Source: an archaeon
GTDB taxonomy: Archaea; Iainarchaeota; Iainarchaeia; Iainarchaeales; DTGL01
Direction: 5' to 3'
DNA: 64,000 bases
Assembly (NCBI GenBank): GCA_029258755.1
Contig: JAPDKC010000020.1
Location: forward strand, 532 to 64,531
Both the position numbers and the translations under genes were made by a program. The notes beneath the pieces were generated by a model. The model worked only from the letters and a program-made list of their open reading frames with translations, searched no databases and was not told where the DNA came from. Below, piece after piece: positions 1 to 8,459 of the stretch (the first letter of the stretch is position 1; each line of letters begins with the position of its first letter).

Positions 1-2
1 CT

Positions 3-179
3 TGCGAAGAAATAGCTGCAAACCCATGGCACAAGAGCACAATAAAGGTGGAAGGCTATAGCAATATAAGGCGCAAGCGCATAGGTAATTTTCGCATCTT
101 ATATATAGTCGACAAGAAGGCCAAAGAGATCGTTATAATAAAAATTGAAAAGCGCAGTGGCAAAACATATAGGTTGTAA
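3..179 (+). CDS. RelE/ParE-family toxin, 5'-truncated by window edge
   Basis: Manual translation: CEEIAANPWHKSTIKVEGYSNIRRKRIGNFRILYIVDKKAKEIVIIKIEKRSGKTYRL*. The R.RIG.FRILY.VD...I.I..I..R pattern is typical of RelE. Confidence 0.8.
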   Translation, partial: CEEIAANPWHKSTIKVEGYSNIRRKRIGNFRILYIVDKKAKEIVIIKIEKRSGKTYRL

Positions 180-327
180 AGCTGCAAAAAGTTCCAACAT
201 TCTTTTTTAATCCTTTTTCTCAAGAAATTATAATTGAGGAGCTTGCAAATAAAACAAAAAGGTTTTAAACCATTTTTAGGGGAAAATTGTTTAGGAGGTA
301 ATTTTTTAACTGAAAAGGGGGATTTTA

Positions 328-1455
328 ATGGAATCAATAGTTAGAAAGGCTATTAGAAGAGCTCAAGCAGCTGAAGAAGGAAGGAAAAAAGCAAAGCCAA
401 AAAAGCTTCCAGATGATGAAGAGATTACTAAAATCCTCGAAAAAGCAAGGGCAAGGATAAAGGTCGTTGGCATAGGTGGCGGTGGTTGCAATACTATTGA
501 GCGAATGCACGAGGTTGGCATTGTTGGAGCTGAAACCTATGCTGTTAATACAGATGCTCAAGACCTGCTAAACACAAACGCTGACAAGCGCATTCTTATT
601 GGTAGGGAAACTACCCGAGGCTTAGGTTCAGGCTCTGATCCGCAAATAGGGGAAGCATCCGCTAGGGAAAGCATAGATGAGCTTACAGAATTGCTTCGCG
701 ACTCAGACCTCATATTTATTACTTGTGGCCTTGGCGGCGGCACAGGGACTGGAGCTAGCCCAGTGATAGCTGAGATAGGCAAAGAGCTAGGTGCACTAAC
801 AGTGGCTGTCGTTACATTGCCTTTTACAGTTGAAGGTAAACGCAGGGCTGAGAACGCTTTAGAAGGTTTGGCAAGGTTAAGAGAGCATGCTGATACAATC
901 ATAGTCATACCAAATGACAAGATACTTGAGATAGCTCCCGATTTGCCTGTAAATGCGGCTTTTAAGGTTGCTGATGAAGTGCTTACAAATGCTGTCAAAG
1001 GCATAACCGAGATGGTAACGAAGCCAGGGCTTATAAACCTTGACTTCGCTGACCTAAAAACGATTTTAAAGCGCGGCGGTGCAGCAATGATTGGCTTAGG
1101 CGAGTCGCAGAGTGAGGATGCTAGCGATGCTCGCGCTTTAGAAGCAGTAGAAAATGCTTTAAACTCACCGCTCTTAGATGTTGATATAAGCCAATCAAAG
1201 CGTGCTTTAGTGAATGTCGTTGGCGGTGCAGATATGACGCTTAGGGAAGCGGAGATGGTTGTTGAAACAGTAAGCTCAAGGATAGATCCAGATGCGCATA
1301 TAATTTGGGGCGCAATGATTGACAAAGAGATGGCAAAGAACAGAATACAAGCAATGGTTGTTGTTGCTGGCGGAAGGTTCCCTTACTTAGATGATTTCGA
1401 AAAGATTCACAAAGAGAAGGGAGTCCTTGACTTAGGTATAGAGTTTACGGGGTAA
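328..1455 (+). CDS. ftsZ: Cell division protein FtsZ
   Basis: GGGGCN, NTDAQDL, GLGGGTGTG tubulin signature, INLDFADL; canonical position before secE-spt5. Confidence 0.98.
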   Translation: MESIVRKAIRRAQAAEEGRKKAKPKKLPDDEEITKILEKARARIKVVGIGGGGCNTIERMHEVGIVGAETYAVNTDAQDLLNTNADKRILIGRETTRGLGSGSDPQIGEASARESIDELTELLRDSDLIFITCGLGGGTGTGASPVIAEIGKELGALTVAVVTLPFTVEGKRRAENALEGLARLREHADTIIVIPNDKILEIAPDLPVNAAFKVADEVLTNAVKGITEMVTKPGLINLDFADLKTILKRGGAAMIGLGESQSEDASDARALEAVENALNSPLLDVDISQSKRALVNVVGGADMTLREAEMVVETVSSRIDPDAHIIWGAMIDKEMAKNRIQAMVVVAGGRFPYLDDFEKIHKEKGVLDLGIEFTG

Positions 1456-1457
1456 AT

Positions 1458-1625
1458 ATGAGCTTGACTGAATTTATAGAATCTGTAAGAAGAGTGCTTA
1501 TAGTAGCTAAGAAACCAAACTGGCAGGAATACAAGCTTATGCTAAAGGTTACATTGCTTGGCGTAACACTTATAGGGGTCTTAGGATTCCTAGTGAAGCT
1601 CATATTTACGCTTCTATCTCCCTAA
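1458..1625 (+). CDS. secE: Protein translocase subunit SecE/Sec61-gamma
   Basis: Manual translation MSLTEFIESVRRVLIVAKKPNWQEYKLMLKVTLLGVTLIGVLGFLVKLIFTLLSP (55 aa); RVL..A.KP..EY motif plus one TM helix; conserved synteny. Confidence 0.95.
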   Translation: MSLTEFIESVRRVLIVAKKPNWQEYKLMLKVTLLGVTLIGVLGFLVKLIFTLLSP

Positions 1626-1692
1626 GCAAAACCTTTTAACCCTTTGGTTTTTATCATTTTTTATTATTCCTTATTTTCTATTAGGTGGTTTT

Positions 1693-2130
1693 ATGATCCT
1701 AACCGTGAGAACAACAGCAGGTCAAGAAAGCTTAGTTGCTGATATGCTCAAAATGAAGCTCGAAGCGGAAAACCCTGGCATATATGCAATACTAGTGGTG
1801 CCGGACTTTAAAGGTTACATCCTTATTGAAGGTGCTTCGGAAGAAGCTGTAAAGCGTGCAATAATTGATGTGCCTCATATAAAAGCAAAAGGTATAGTTG
1901 GCGGTGAAATCAAGATAGAGGAGCTAGCATCATTGCTTGAAGCACATCCTTTAATGGAAGCAATAAAAGAGGGTGATAAGGTTAAGATTGTTTCTGGCCC
2001 ATTTAAAGGCGAAGTAGGCAGAGTTTTACGAGTTAATCCTGCTAAGGAAGAAGTTACCGTTGAGCTGATAGATGCTGCTGTAAAGATTCCAGTAACCATC
2101 AAGGCAGAGAATATGCGATTGGTTAAGTGA
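1693..2130 (+). CDS. spt5: Transcription elongation factor Spt5/NusG
   Basis: NGN domain (VRTTAGQE, KGYILIE) plus KOW motif (GDKVKIVSGPFKG). Confidence 0.96.
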   Translation: MILTVRTTAGQESLVADMLKMKLEAENPGIYAILVVPDFKGYILIEGASEEAVKRAIIDVPHIKAKGIVGGEIKIEELASLLEAHPLMEAIKEGDKVKIVSGPFKGEVGRVLRVNPAKEEVTVELIDAAVKIPVTIKAENMRLVK

Positions 2131-2141
2131 GGTGTTTTGAA

Positions 2142-2636
2142 ATGCCAACCATCAATGTATTGGTTGAAGGTGGTAAGGCAAGTGCTGGCGCTCCTTTAGG
2201 CCCGGCTTTGGGCCCTTTAGGGGTTAATATTGCAGAAGTTGTTGCAAAAATAAATGAAAAGACAAAGAAGTATGAAGGAATGAAGGTTCCGGTAAAAGTG
2301 ATAGTTGATTCCTCAACAAAGAGTGTTGAGATAGAGGTTGGTTCACCACCTGTAAGTGCTCTTATAAAGAAGGAGCTTAATCTGCAAAAAGGAGCAAGCA
2401 ATCCAAAAACAGAAAAGATAGCAAACCTAAGCATGCAGCAAGTGGCATCTATAGCAATTAAGAAATTCAGCCCTAATAACTTCAAGGAGCTAAAAGGCGC
2501 TATCAAGCAGGTTTTAGGCACATGCAATTCTATGGGCGTGCACGTAGAAGGCAAAAGGGCTGCTGAACTAGTAAAAGCTGTTGATAGCGGTGCTTATGAT
2601 GGGCTTATAAAAAGTGCACTCTCTGAGCAGGAGTAA
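2142..2636 (+). CDS. rpl11: 50S ribosomal protein uL11
   Basis: VEGGKASAGAPLGPALGPLGVN, GTCNSMGV; ATG 2142 follows GAGGTG. Confidence 0.96.
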   Translation: MPTINVLVEGGKASAGAPLGPALGPLGVNIAEVVAKINEKTKKYEGMKVPVKVIVDSSTKSVEIEVGSPPVSALIKKELNLQKGASNPKTEKIANLSMQQVASIAIKKFSPNNFKELKGAIKQVLGTCNSMGVHVEGKRAAELVKAVDSGAYDGLIKSALSEQE

Positions 2637-2722
2637 CAAATGTATTTTAAAATATTTCATTGCACAAAAGATATAATCGGCTTCTAGGGCCGCTAGCACT
2701 GCTTCATGCAGGAGGTCTTAAG

Positions 2723-3370
2723 ATGCGTAAGGAAGATGTGCTTAATGCATTAAAAACGCTTGAGGAGAAATCCAAAAAGAGGAATTTTGTTCAGACAGTT
2801 GAACTAATTATAAATTTTCGCGATTTAGATGTAAGAAAGCCAGAAAACCTCATTGACATAAAAGTAAACATGCCTCATCCGACTGGCAGGGAGCAGGCAA
2901 AAGCACTTCTTTTTGCGAGAAGCTTACAATTCGCATCTAGCGTCAAGAATCTTTTCGATAAGATAATAATGGAAGAAAATATTCCAAATCTATCTAAAAA
3001 AGAGATACAAGAGATTTTAAACTATGATGTTTTGCTTGCTGAAGGGCCTGTAATGATAACTGTTGGTAAACACCTTGGTCAAACACTTGCACCAAAAGGC
3101 AAGATGCCAAAGCCTGTTAATCCAGATAAGGAAGAAGTAGAGCGCTTGCTTTCTAGTATGAAATCTGCGATGCGTATTACGAATAAGAAGGGAAAAGGGC
3201 TTCCTTATGTGCAGGTTGTTGTTGGCAAGGAAAATATGCCTGCTGAACACATAGCAGAAAATGTGATGGAAGTATTCGATGAAGTTGTTCGTGCACTTCC
3301 AAGGCATTCGCAAAATATAAAGTCGGTTTACATAAAGAAGACGATGAGCCCAGCGGTGAGAATTATTTAG
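2723..3370 (+). CDS. rpl1: 50S ribosomal protein uL1
   Basis: KKRNFVQTVELIINF, LAPKGKMP, KKTMSP; ATG 2723 follows GGAGGT. Confidence 0.95.
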   Translation: MRKEDVLNALKTLEEKSKKRNFVQTVELIINFRDLDVRKPENLIDIKVNMPHPTGREQAKALLFARSLQFASSVKNLFDKIIMEENIPNLSKKEIQEILNYDVLLAEGPVMITVGKHLGQTLAPKGKMPKPVNPDKEEVERLLSSMKSAMRITNKKGKGLPYVQVVVGKENMPAEHIAENVMEVFDEVVRALPRHSQNIKSVYIKKTMSPAVRII

Positions 3371-3380
3371 GTGAGCTTAG

Positions 3381-4403
3381 ATGACATCACACACTAGAAA
3401 GTGGAAGGAAAAGCAAGTAGAGGAAATAAAAAAGATGTTGGATGAAAGCAAGATTGTTGCGATAGCTAGCTTAGAGCGTTTTCCAGCTTCCCACTTGCAG
3501 GAGTTAAAGAAAAAGTTAGCTTCTAAGGCAAAGATAAAGGTCTCGAAAACAAAAGTTATTGCGAGAGCTTTGGCAGAATCCAAGTACAAAGATATTGACT
3601 TCTCAAAATATTTGAGAGGTTCTATAGCGATTATAGTTTCTACTATGGATCCTTTCGAGCTTTACGCTACAATCAAAAAGAACAAAGCAAGTGCGTATGC
3701 GAAAGCAGGCATGGTTGCTGAGCAAGATATAGTGGTGCCAGCTGGCGACACCGGTTTGCCGCCAGGCCCAGATTTGAGCATACTAAAAGCAGCTGGCTTG
3801 CCAGCAATAATGAAAGGCTCTAGCATACAAATTGCAAAAGATACTGTTGTTGCTCGTAAAGGAGAAGTGATAAGTGAGGAAGTAGCAAGCGCATTAGCTA
3901 AACTAGATATAAAGCCCATACAACTAATGTTAAAAGTTTTGGTTGCATGTGATGGAAAATATCTTTATGATGCTAGCGTTCTTGATATAGATACGGAAAA
4001 GTTTGAAAGCGATTTAATAAGCTGCTATCAAAAAGCGTTTAACTTAGCTTTCAATATTGGTTATATAACACCGCAAAACATAGAGCTTTTCATCCAAAAG
4101 GCATTTAGAGAAGCAAAGCAGCTTGCATTGGACGCTAACTATATATCGCCATTAACTCTTCCAGAATTCATAGCTAAAGCCTATAATGCCGCAAACTCCT
4201 TAAGTTCTGTAGTGAAGGTAGATGCTAAGGAAACAGAGCAGCAGCAAGCTGAAGAAAGCACTCAAAACCAGCAAGAGCAAGCAGAAGAACAAAGCAATGC
4301 TAAGCAGACCAACGGGCAGCAAGAGACAAAGGATAAGCAAGCTGAAGAGAATAAGGAACAAGGTGGTTTAGAAGATTCAAACGCTGAAGCACAATCCAAA
4401 TAA
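3381..4403 (+). CDS. rpl10: 50S ribosomal protein uL10 (P0)
   Basis: WK...VEE, VSKTKVI, IVVPAGDTGLPPGP; Gln/Glu-rich C-terminal tail. Confidence 0.95.
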   Translation: MTSHTRKWKEKQVEEIKKMLDESKIVAIASLERFPASHLQELKKKLASKAKIKVSKTKVIARALAESKYKDIDFSKYLRGSIAIIVSTMDPFELYATIKKNKASAYAKAGMVAEQDIVVPAGDTGLPPGPDLSILKAAGLPAIMKGSSIQIAKDTVVARKGEVISEEVASALAKLDIKPIQLMLKVLVACDGKYLYDASVLDIDTEKFESDLISCYQKAFNLAFNIGYITPQNIELFIQKAFREAKQLALDANYISPLTLPEFIAKAYNAANSLSSVVKVDAKETEQQQAEESTQNQQEQAEEQSNAKQTNGQQETKDKQAEENKEQGGLEDSNAEAQSK

Positions 4404-4447
4404 AATAAAATGTTTTGAATGAAAAAAATATTAAAGAGGTGAAAGAA

Positions 4448-4753
4448 GTGGAGTACATATATTCTGCATTGCTTCTCCATTCTGCTGGGAAAGAGATTAC
4501 AGAGGAAGCCGTAACAAACGTCCTTAAGGCAGCTGGCATAGAGCCAGATCCGGCAAAAGTAAAGTCGCTAATAGCTTCCCTTAAGGAGGTAAATATTGAG
4601 GAAGCAATCCAAAAAGCAGCAACAGTGCAAGTAGCCCCAGCTGCACCAAGTGCTGAAGCAAAAGAAGAGGAAAAGAAAGAAGAAAAGAAGGAAGAGGAGG
4701 AAAAGAAGACAGAGGAAGAAGCGGCAAGCGGCTTAAGCGCACTCTTTGGCTAA
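4448..4753 (+). CDS. rpl12: 50S ribosomal protein P1 (L12)
   Basis: GTG start gives [11 protein letters not shown]...; ends [12 protein letters not shown]. Confidence 0.96.
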   Translation: MEYIYSALLLHSAGKEITEEAVTNVLKAAGIEPDPAKVKSLIASLKEVNIEEAIQKAATVQVAPAAPSAEAKEEEKKEEKKEEEEKKTEEEAASGLSALFG

Positions 4754-4765
4754 AACCCATTTTTT

Positions 4766-5971
4766 TTATTTTTCCAGCAATTCAGCTATTTTACTTACTT
4801 CCTCAACTAAAATGTTTATTTCATCCATTTGATTGTAGAGGAAAGTAGAGGCACGTACGCAACCACTTTTACAATACTTGTTAAACCATGCATGCGCACA
4901 ATGCTTGCCAGACCTAACAGCTATGCTATGCGCTTCATCGAGCATTAATGCAACATCATGCGGAGAGAATCCCTCTATATTAAAACTTACTATGCTTGTG
5001 CATTTTCTCCAGTCATTTACGCCCACTATTGTTACACCGTTTATATCTACTAACCTTTTCATAAGTTTCTTTGTAAGCGTTCTATCGTGCTGCTCTATCT
5101 TTTCCATTCCGATTTTATTTAGATACTTGCATGCCTCGCCAAAGCCAATAATACTTGCGTAATCTTGGAGCCCTGCTTCAAACCTTTCGTGCTTTGCAAG
5201 AAGCTCAAACGAGTTTAGCGTAGCATTTGCTACGGTGCCGCCACCATACATTAAAGGTTTTACCTGCTCTAAAAGCTCTTCTTTTATCAGAAGGCACCCA
5301 ATAATAGGCCCGCAAGCTTTGTGAGAGCTAGCCGCAAAAAAGTCAGCATCAAGCTTTTTTAGATTTAGTGGTATATGCCCTGCACTTTGAGCACCATCAA
5401 TTAACACTTTAGCGCCAAAGTCATGGGAAAGCTTTATAATTTCCTTAATGGGAAGCTCATAGCCATCGATATTGCTTATATGCACTACAGATACAATTTT
5501 AACCTTTTTACTCATAGCTTCATGCATTGCCTCTAAATCAAATTCAAAGTTTTCTGTACTTGGTACTGCTATATGCTTTATGCCGCGTTTTTTCAGCACT
5601 AACCAAGGAATAAGGTTTGAGTTATGCTCGCGGTCGCTTGTAACAACAAGATCGCCTCTTCTAAGGTTAAAACCAAAGGCAACAGTGTTTATTCCCTCAG
5701 TAGTGTTTTTTGTAAAAACTATTTCATGAGACTTGCTTGCTTTAAAGAATCCCTTTATAGTTTCTCTTGCTTTTGCAACACGCTCATTTAGTTCTTCACT
5801 TTGCTTATGAAAGGAACGCCCGGCACAGGCACAGTTAGTTTTATAATACCAATTTATTGCTTCTATAACCTGTTTGGGTCTAAGCGTCATGCAAGCATTG
5901 TCTAAATAGATAATCTTACTTCTCTTAAGCACGGGGAAATCATTTCTTAAGGAAGAACTTAGAATCGGCAT
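4766..5971 (-). CDS. sufS: Cysteine desulfurase, SufS/class V aminotransferase
   Basis: IYLDNA, EHNSN, DGAQS, SSHK (PLP lysine), RSGKHCA (group II catalytic Cys). Confidence 0.9.
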   Translation of the reverse strand: MPILSSSLRNDFPVLKRSKIIYLDNACMTLRPKQVIEAINWYYKTNCACAGRSFHKQSEELNERVAKARETIKGFFKASKSHEIVFTKNTTEGINTVAFGFNLRRGDLVVTSDREHNSNLIPWLVLKKRGIKHIAVPSTENFEFDLEAMHEAMSKKVKIVSVVHISNIDGYELPIKEIIKLSHDFGAKVLIDGAQSAGHIPLNLKKLDADFFAASSHKACGPIIGCLLIKEELLEQVKPLMYGGGTVANATLNSFELLAKHERFEAGLQDYASIIGFGEACKYLNKIGMEKIEQHDRTLTKKLMKRLVDINGVTIVGVNDWRKCTSIVSFNIEGFSPHDVALMLDEAHSIAVRSGKHCAHAWFNKYCKSGCVRASTFLYNQMDEINILVEEVSKIAELLEK

Positions 5972-6050
5972 TCAATTCATCTAGAATAAAAATTATTTAA
6001 ACACTTTTGCATTATTTCTTAAATGTTTAATCAAATTTAGGTGATTTTTT

Positions 6051-8459
6051 ATGCTTTCTAGAAAACTTCTGTTAGCTTTTTTCCTTCTTCTAACGCTTAC
6101 TAGGTGCTTTGCAGTAATTGAGGAAGCGTCCATCCCTATATTCGCTGTTACAGAGTCGGAAGATAGAGCAGTAAGAGCGGAACTTACTATTAAGATAGTT
6201 CCTGGAAGCGGAAAAATTTGGAGCTCTGTAGGTCCTTTAGTAGGAACCTCAACCCAACATACGGAAAAGATTGCTGTGGAGCTTGCGAAAAATTACTCTG
6301 ACGAGGTAGAGAAGTACGATTATATGTTCGATATAAATTCTACTGCCAGCGTTGTTGAGGGCCCAAGCGCGGGAGCAGCGATGGCATTGCTTTTAATCAC
6401 AATGCTTCAGGACAAAAAGCTGCCTGGGTATGTTGCGATAACAGGGCAAATAAGTGAAGATGGCTCAATAGGTTCTGTTGGAGGAATATTCCTAAAAGCA
6501 GAAAAAGCTGCTCAAACAGGAATAAAGCTCTTTATGATTCCCAAAGGAGATGCTTATCAAACACATCGTTTTCCAGATGGTATAAAGACAGTTAACCTCG
6601 TTGAATACGCTCCTAAAGAATGGGGGATGAAGGTTGTAGAGGTATCAAACATAGATGAAGCATTGGCTTATGCTTTTACTCCTTTGGAGAAGATAGATAT
6701 AAATACTCAAGTTAAGGAGCAAAAACCTTTCGCTCCAGAAGTAATACCGCTTAAAGACAAACTTAAACCAATGAAATCACTTACTTCAAAATACATTGAA
6801 AAAGCAGAGGAAACAATTGATGCCGCAAAAGATGCCCTAAACAACAGCAAGCTTTTGGATCAGCAGGTAATATCCGTACTGCTTCAATCTCTTACAAATT
6901 CCCAAAAAAATATAGAAAAAGCCAAACTTCTGTATGAGGCCAATTATTTGTATTCAGCAGCAAACTATGCTTTTGTTTCCCTAGTTAATGCACGTCTTGT
7001 TAAGGATTTGGCAGAGAACCCTTCGTTGCTAAAATCAGATTCGGTATTGCTAAAAAGCTTAGTATCGCAGCTTGGTGAGAAGATTGAAGAACTTTCTAAA
7101 CAGCTCGATAAGTTCTACACTATTGAGCGATTTGAATGGCTTGTTGCTGCAAAGGAAAGGATCTCTTGGGCAGAACTCAACTTAAACAAAATAAAAAATA
7201 TAAAAACAGTAATAATCACCAACACCGGCATAACTGAGGGCATATCTGTGCCTCTGAAGAATTTGCAGGACTATGAATTCGCTTTGGGGTGGTATGAAAT
7301 AGCAAGCGATTTTTATAACATAGCGAAAGAAGCTAATGACAAATTCCAGGCGGAGCCATTCCTTGAAGAAGAGGCAAGAATGTATATAATAAAAGCAGAA
7401 AATTGTGTAGCGACATTATACGAGGAAGATGAGGACATAAGCAGACGCTTAGAAGCTGCAAGATTCGAATTTAAAAAGGAATGGTATGACGCAGCTCTTT
7501 TCGATGCAGCTAGCGCGTATGGGCTGTGCTCCTCTCATGAGGAAACTAAAGGCAAATCTCTATCGGAGCTTATCTCTACACTGGAAGAAAAAATAACCGC
7601 AGTCAAAAACAAATTGCTACATGATAAGGGTGCTGTCTGGCCAGAGCTTTACATAACCCATGCAGAATATTTCCTAAAATCAGCAAAGCATTACAAAGAA
7701 GAAAAAGCTTTTTCTAAAGCGATAGAAGATGCTAAAGCAGGTATAAGTTTGGCCCTATTTGCAAAAGAACTCTTAGATGCCTCTTTGGATGCGAGAAACA
7801 AACTTGTAAAAATCTCACGCAAACCATTTGCTGAAGAGCTACCTGAAATAACTCCAGAGTTGCCATCACCAGGCGAACAAGAAAGCCCGATTAATAAGTT
7901 TGCCATGAATGTGGGCATTGTAATTTCGATCCTGATACTTCTGTGCTTTTTAGTAGCAATACTTATTCTATTTATCAAAAGGCAGGATTACGAAAAAGCA
8001 GCAGGCGAGAAAGAAGTGTTAAAAGGAAAAATAAACACGATAGAAAATATGTTAAAAGAACTCGATAAAAGATTCATGCGCAATAAAATAACAAAGCAAG
8101 AGTACCTTTCAAGGAAAAATGTTTATGAGAAGCAGCTTCGCGCCTTAAAGGAAGAACTCTCAAGAAAATCAAAACATCTGCTTGAGATAGATAGAATTAG
8201 GGCACAGCTGAAGGAAGTCCAATTTATGTTGGATCAAATAAAAGCCCAGTATGAAGCAGGCGAACTTCTCGAGGAGGATTACCGAAAAGCATTTTCAAAA
8301 TATCTCAGCAAACTAGAGAAACTCAAAGAGGAGCTTGCAGTTGAGGAGCAAGAACTAGCGCAAGAAAAGAAAAAGATAGAAAAACTTGCAAACTTTCCGA
8401 AGAGAGGGAAACAAAAGGTACTTAGCAAAGCCTACAAAAGTAGAAGTAAAAGGCGTTAA
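6051..8459 (+). CDS. Membrane-anchored Lon-type (S16) serine protease without ATPase domain
   Basis: Signal peptide; EGPSAGAA catalytic Ser and VGGIFLK Lys; TM helix near residues 620-642; C-terminal coiled coil. Confidence 0.85.
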   Translation: MLSRKLLLAFFLLLTLTRCFAVIEEASIPIFAVTESEDRAVRAELTIKIVPGSGKIWSSVGPLVGTSTQHTEKIAVELAKNYSDEVEKYDYMFDINSTASVVEGPSAGAAMALLLITMLQDKKLPGYVAITGQISEDGSIGSVGGIFLKAEKAAQTGIKLFMIPKGDAYQTHRFPDGIKTVNLVEYAPKEWGMKVVEVSNIDEALAYAFTPLEKIDINTQVKEQKPFAPEVIPLKDKLKPMKSLTSKYIEKAEETIDAAKDALNNSKLLDQQVISVLLQSLTNSQKNIEKAKLLYEANYLYSAANYAFVSLVNARLVKDLAENPSLLKSDSVLLKSLVSQLGEKIEELSKQLDKFYTIERFEWLVAAKERISWAELNLNKIKNIKTVIITNTGITEGISVPLKNLQDYEFALGWYEIASDFYNIAKEANDKFQAEPFLEEEARMYIIKAENCVATLYEEDEDISRRLEAARFEFKKEWYDAALFDAASAYGLCSSHEETKGKSLSELISTLEEKITAVKNKLLHDKGAVWPELYITHAEYFLKSAKHYKEEKAFSKAIEDAKAGISLALFAKELLDASLDARNKLVKISRKPFAEELPEITPELPSPGEQESPINKFAMNVGIVISILILLCFLVAILILFIKRQDYEKAAGEKEVLKGKINTIENMLKELDKRFMRNKITKQEYLSRKNVYEKQLRALKEELSRKSKHLLEIDRIRAQLKEVQFMLDQIKAQYEAGELLEEDYRKAFSKYLSKLEKLKEELAVEEQELAQEKKKIEKLANFPKRGKQKVLSKAYKSRSKRR

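Noticed and set aside
2637..2722. uL1 autoregulatory RNA site between rpl11 and rpl1
   Set aside because: Short GC-rich hairpins are possible, but I could not match the L1-binding consensus.
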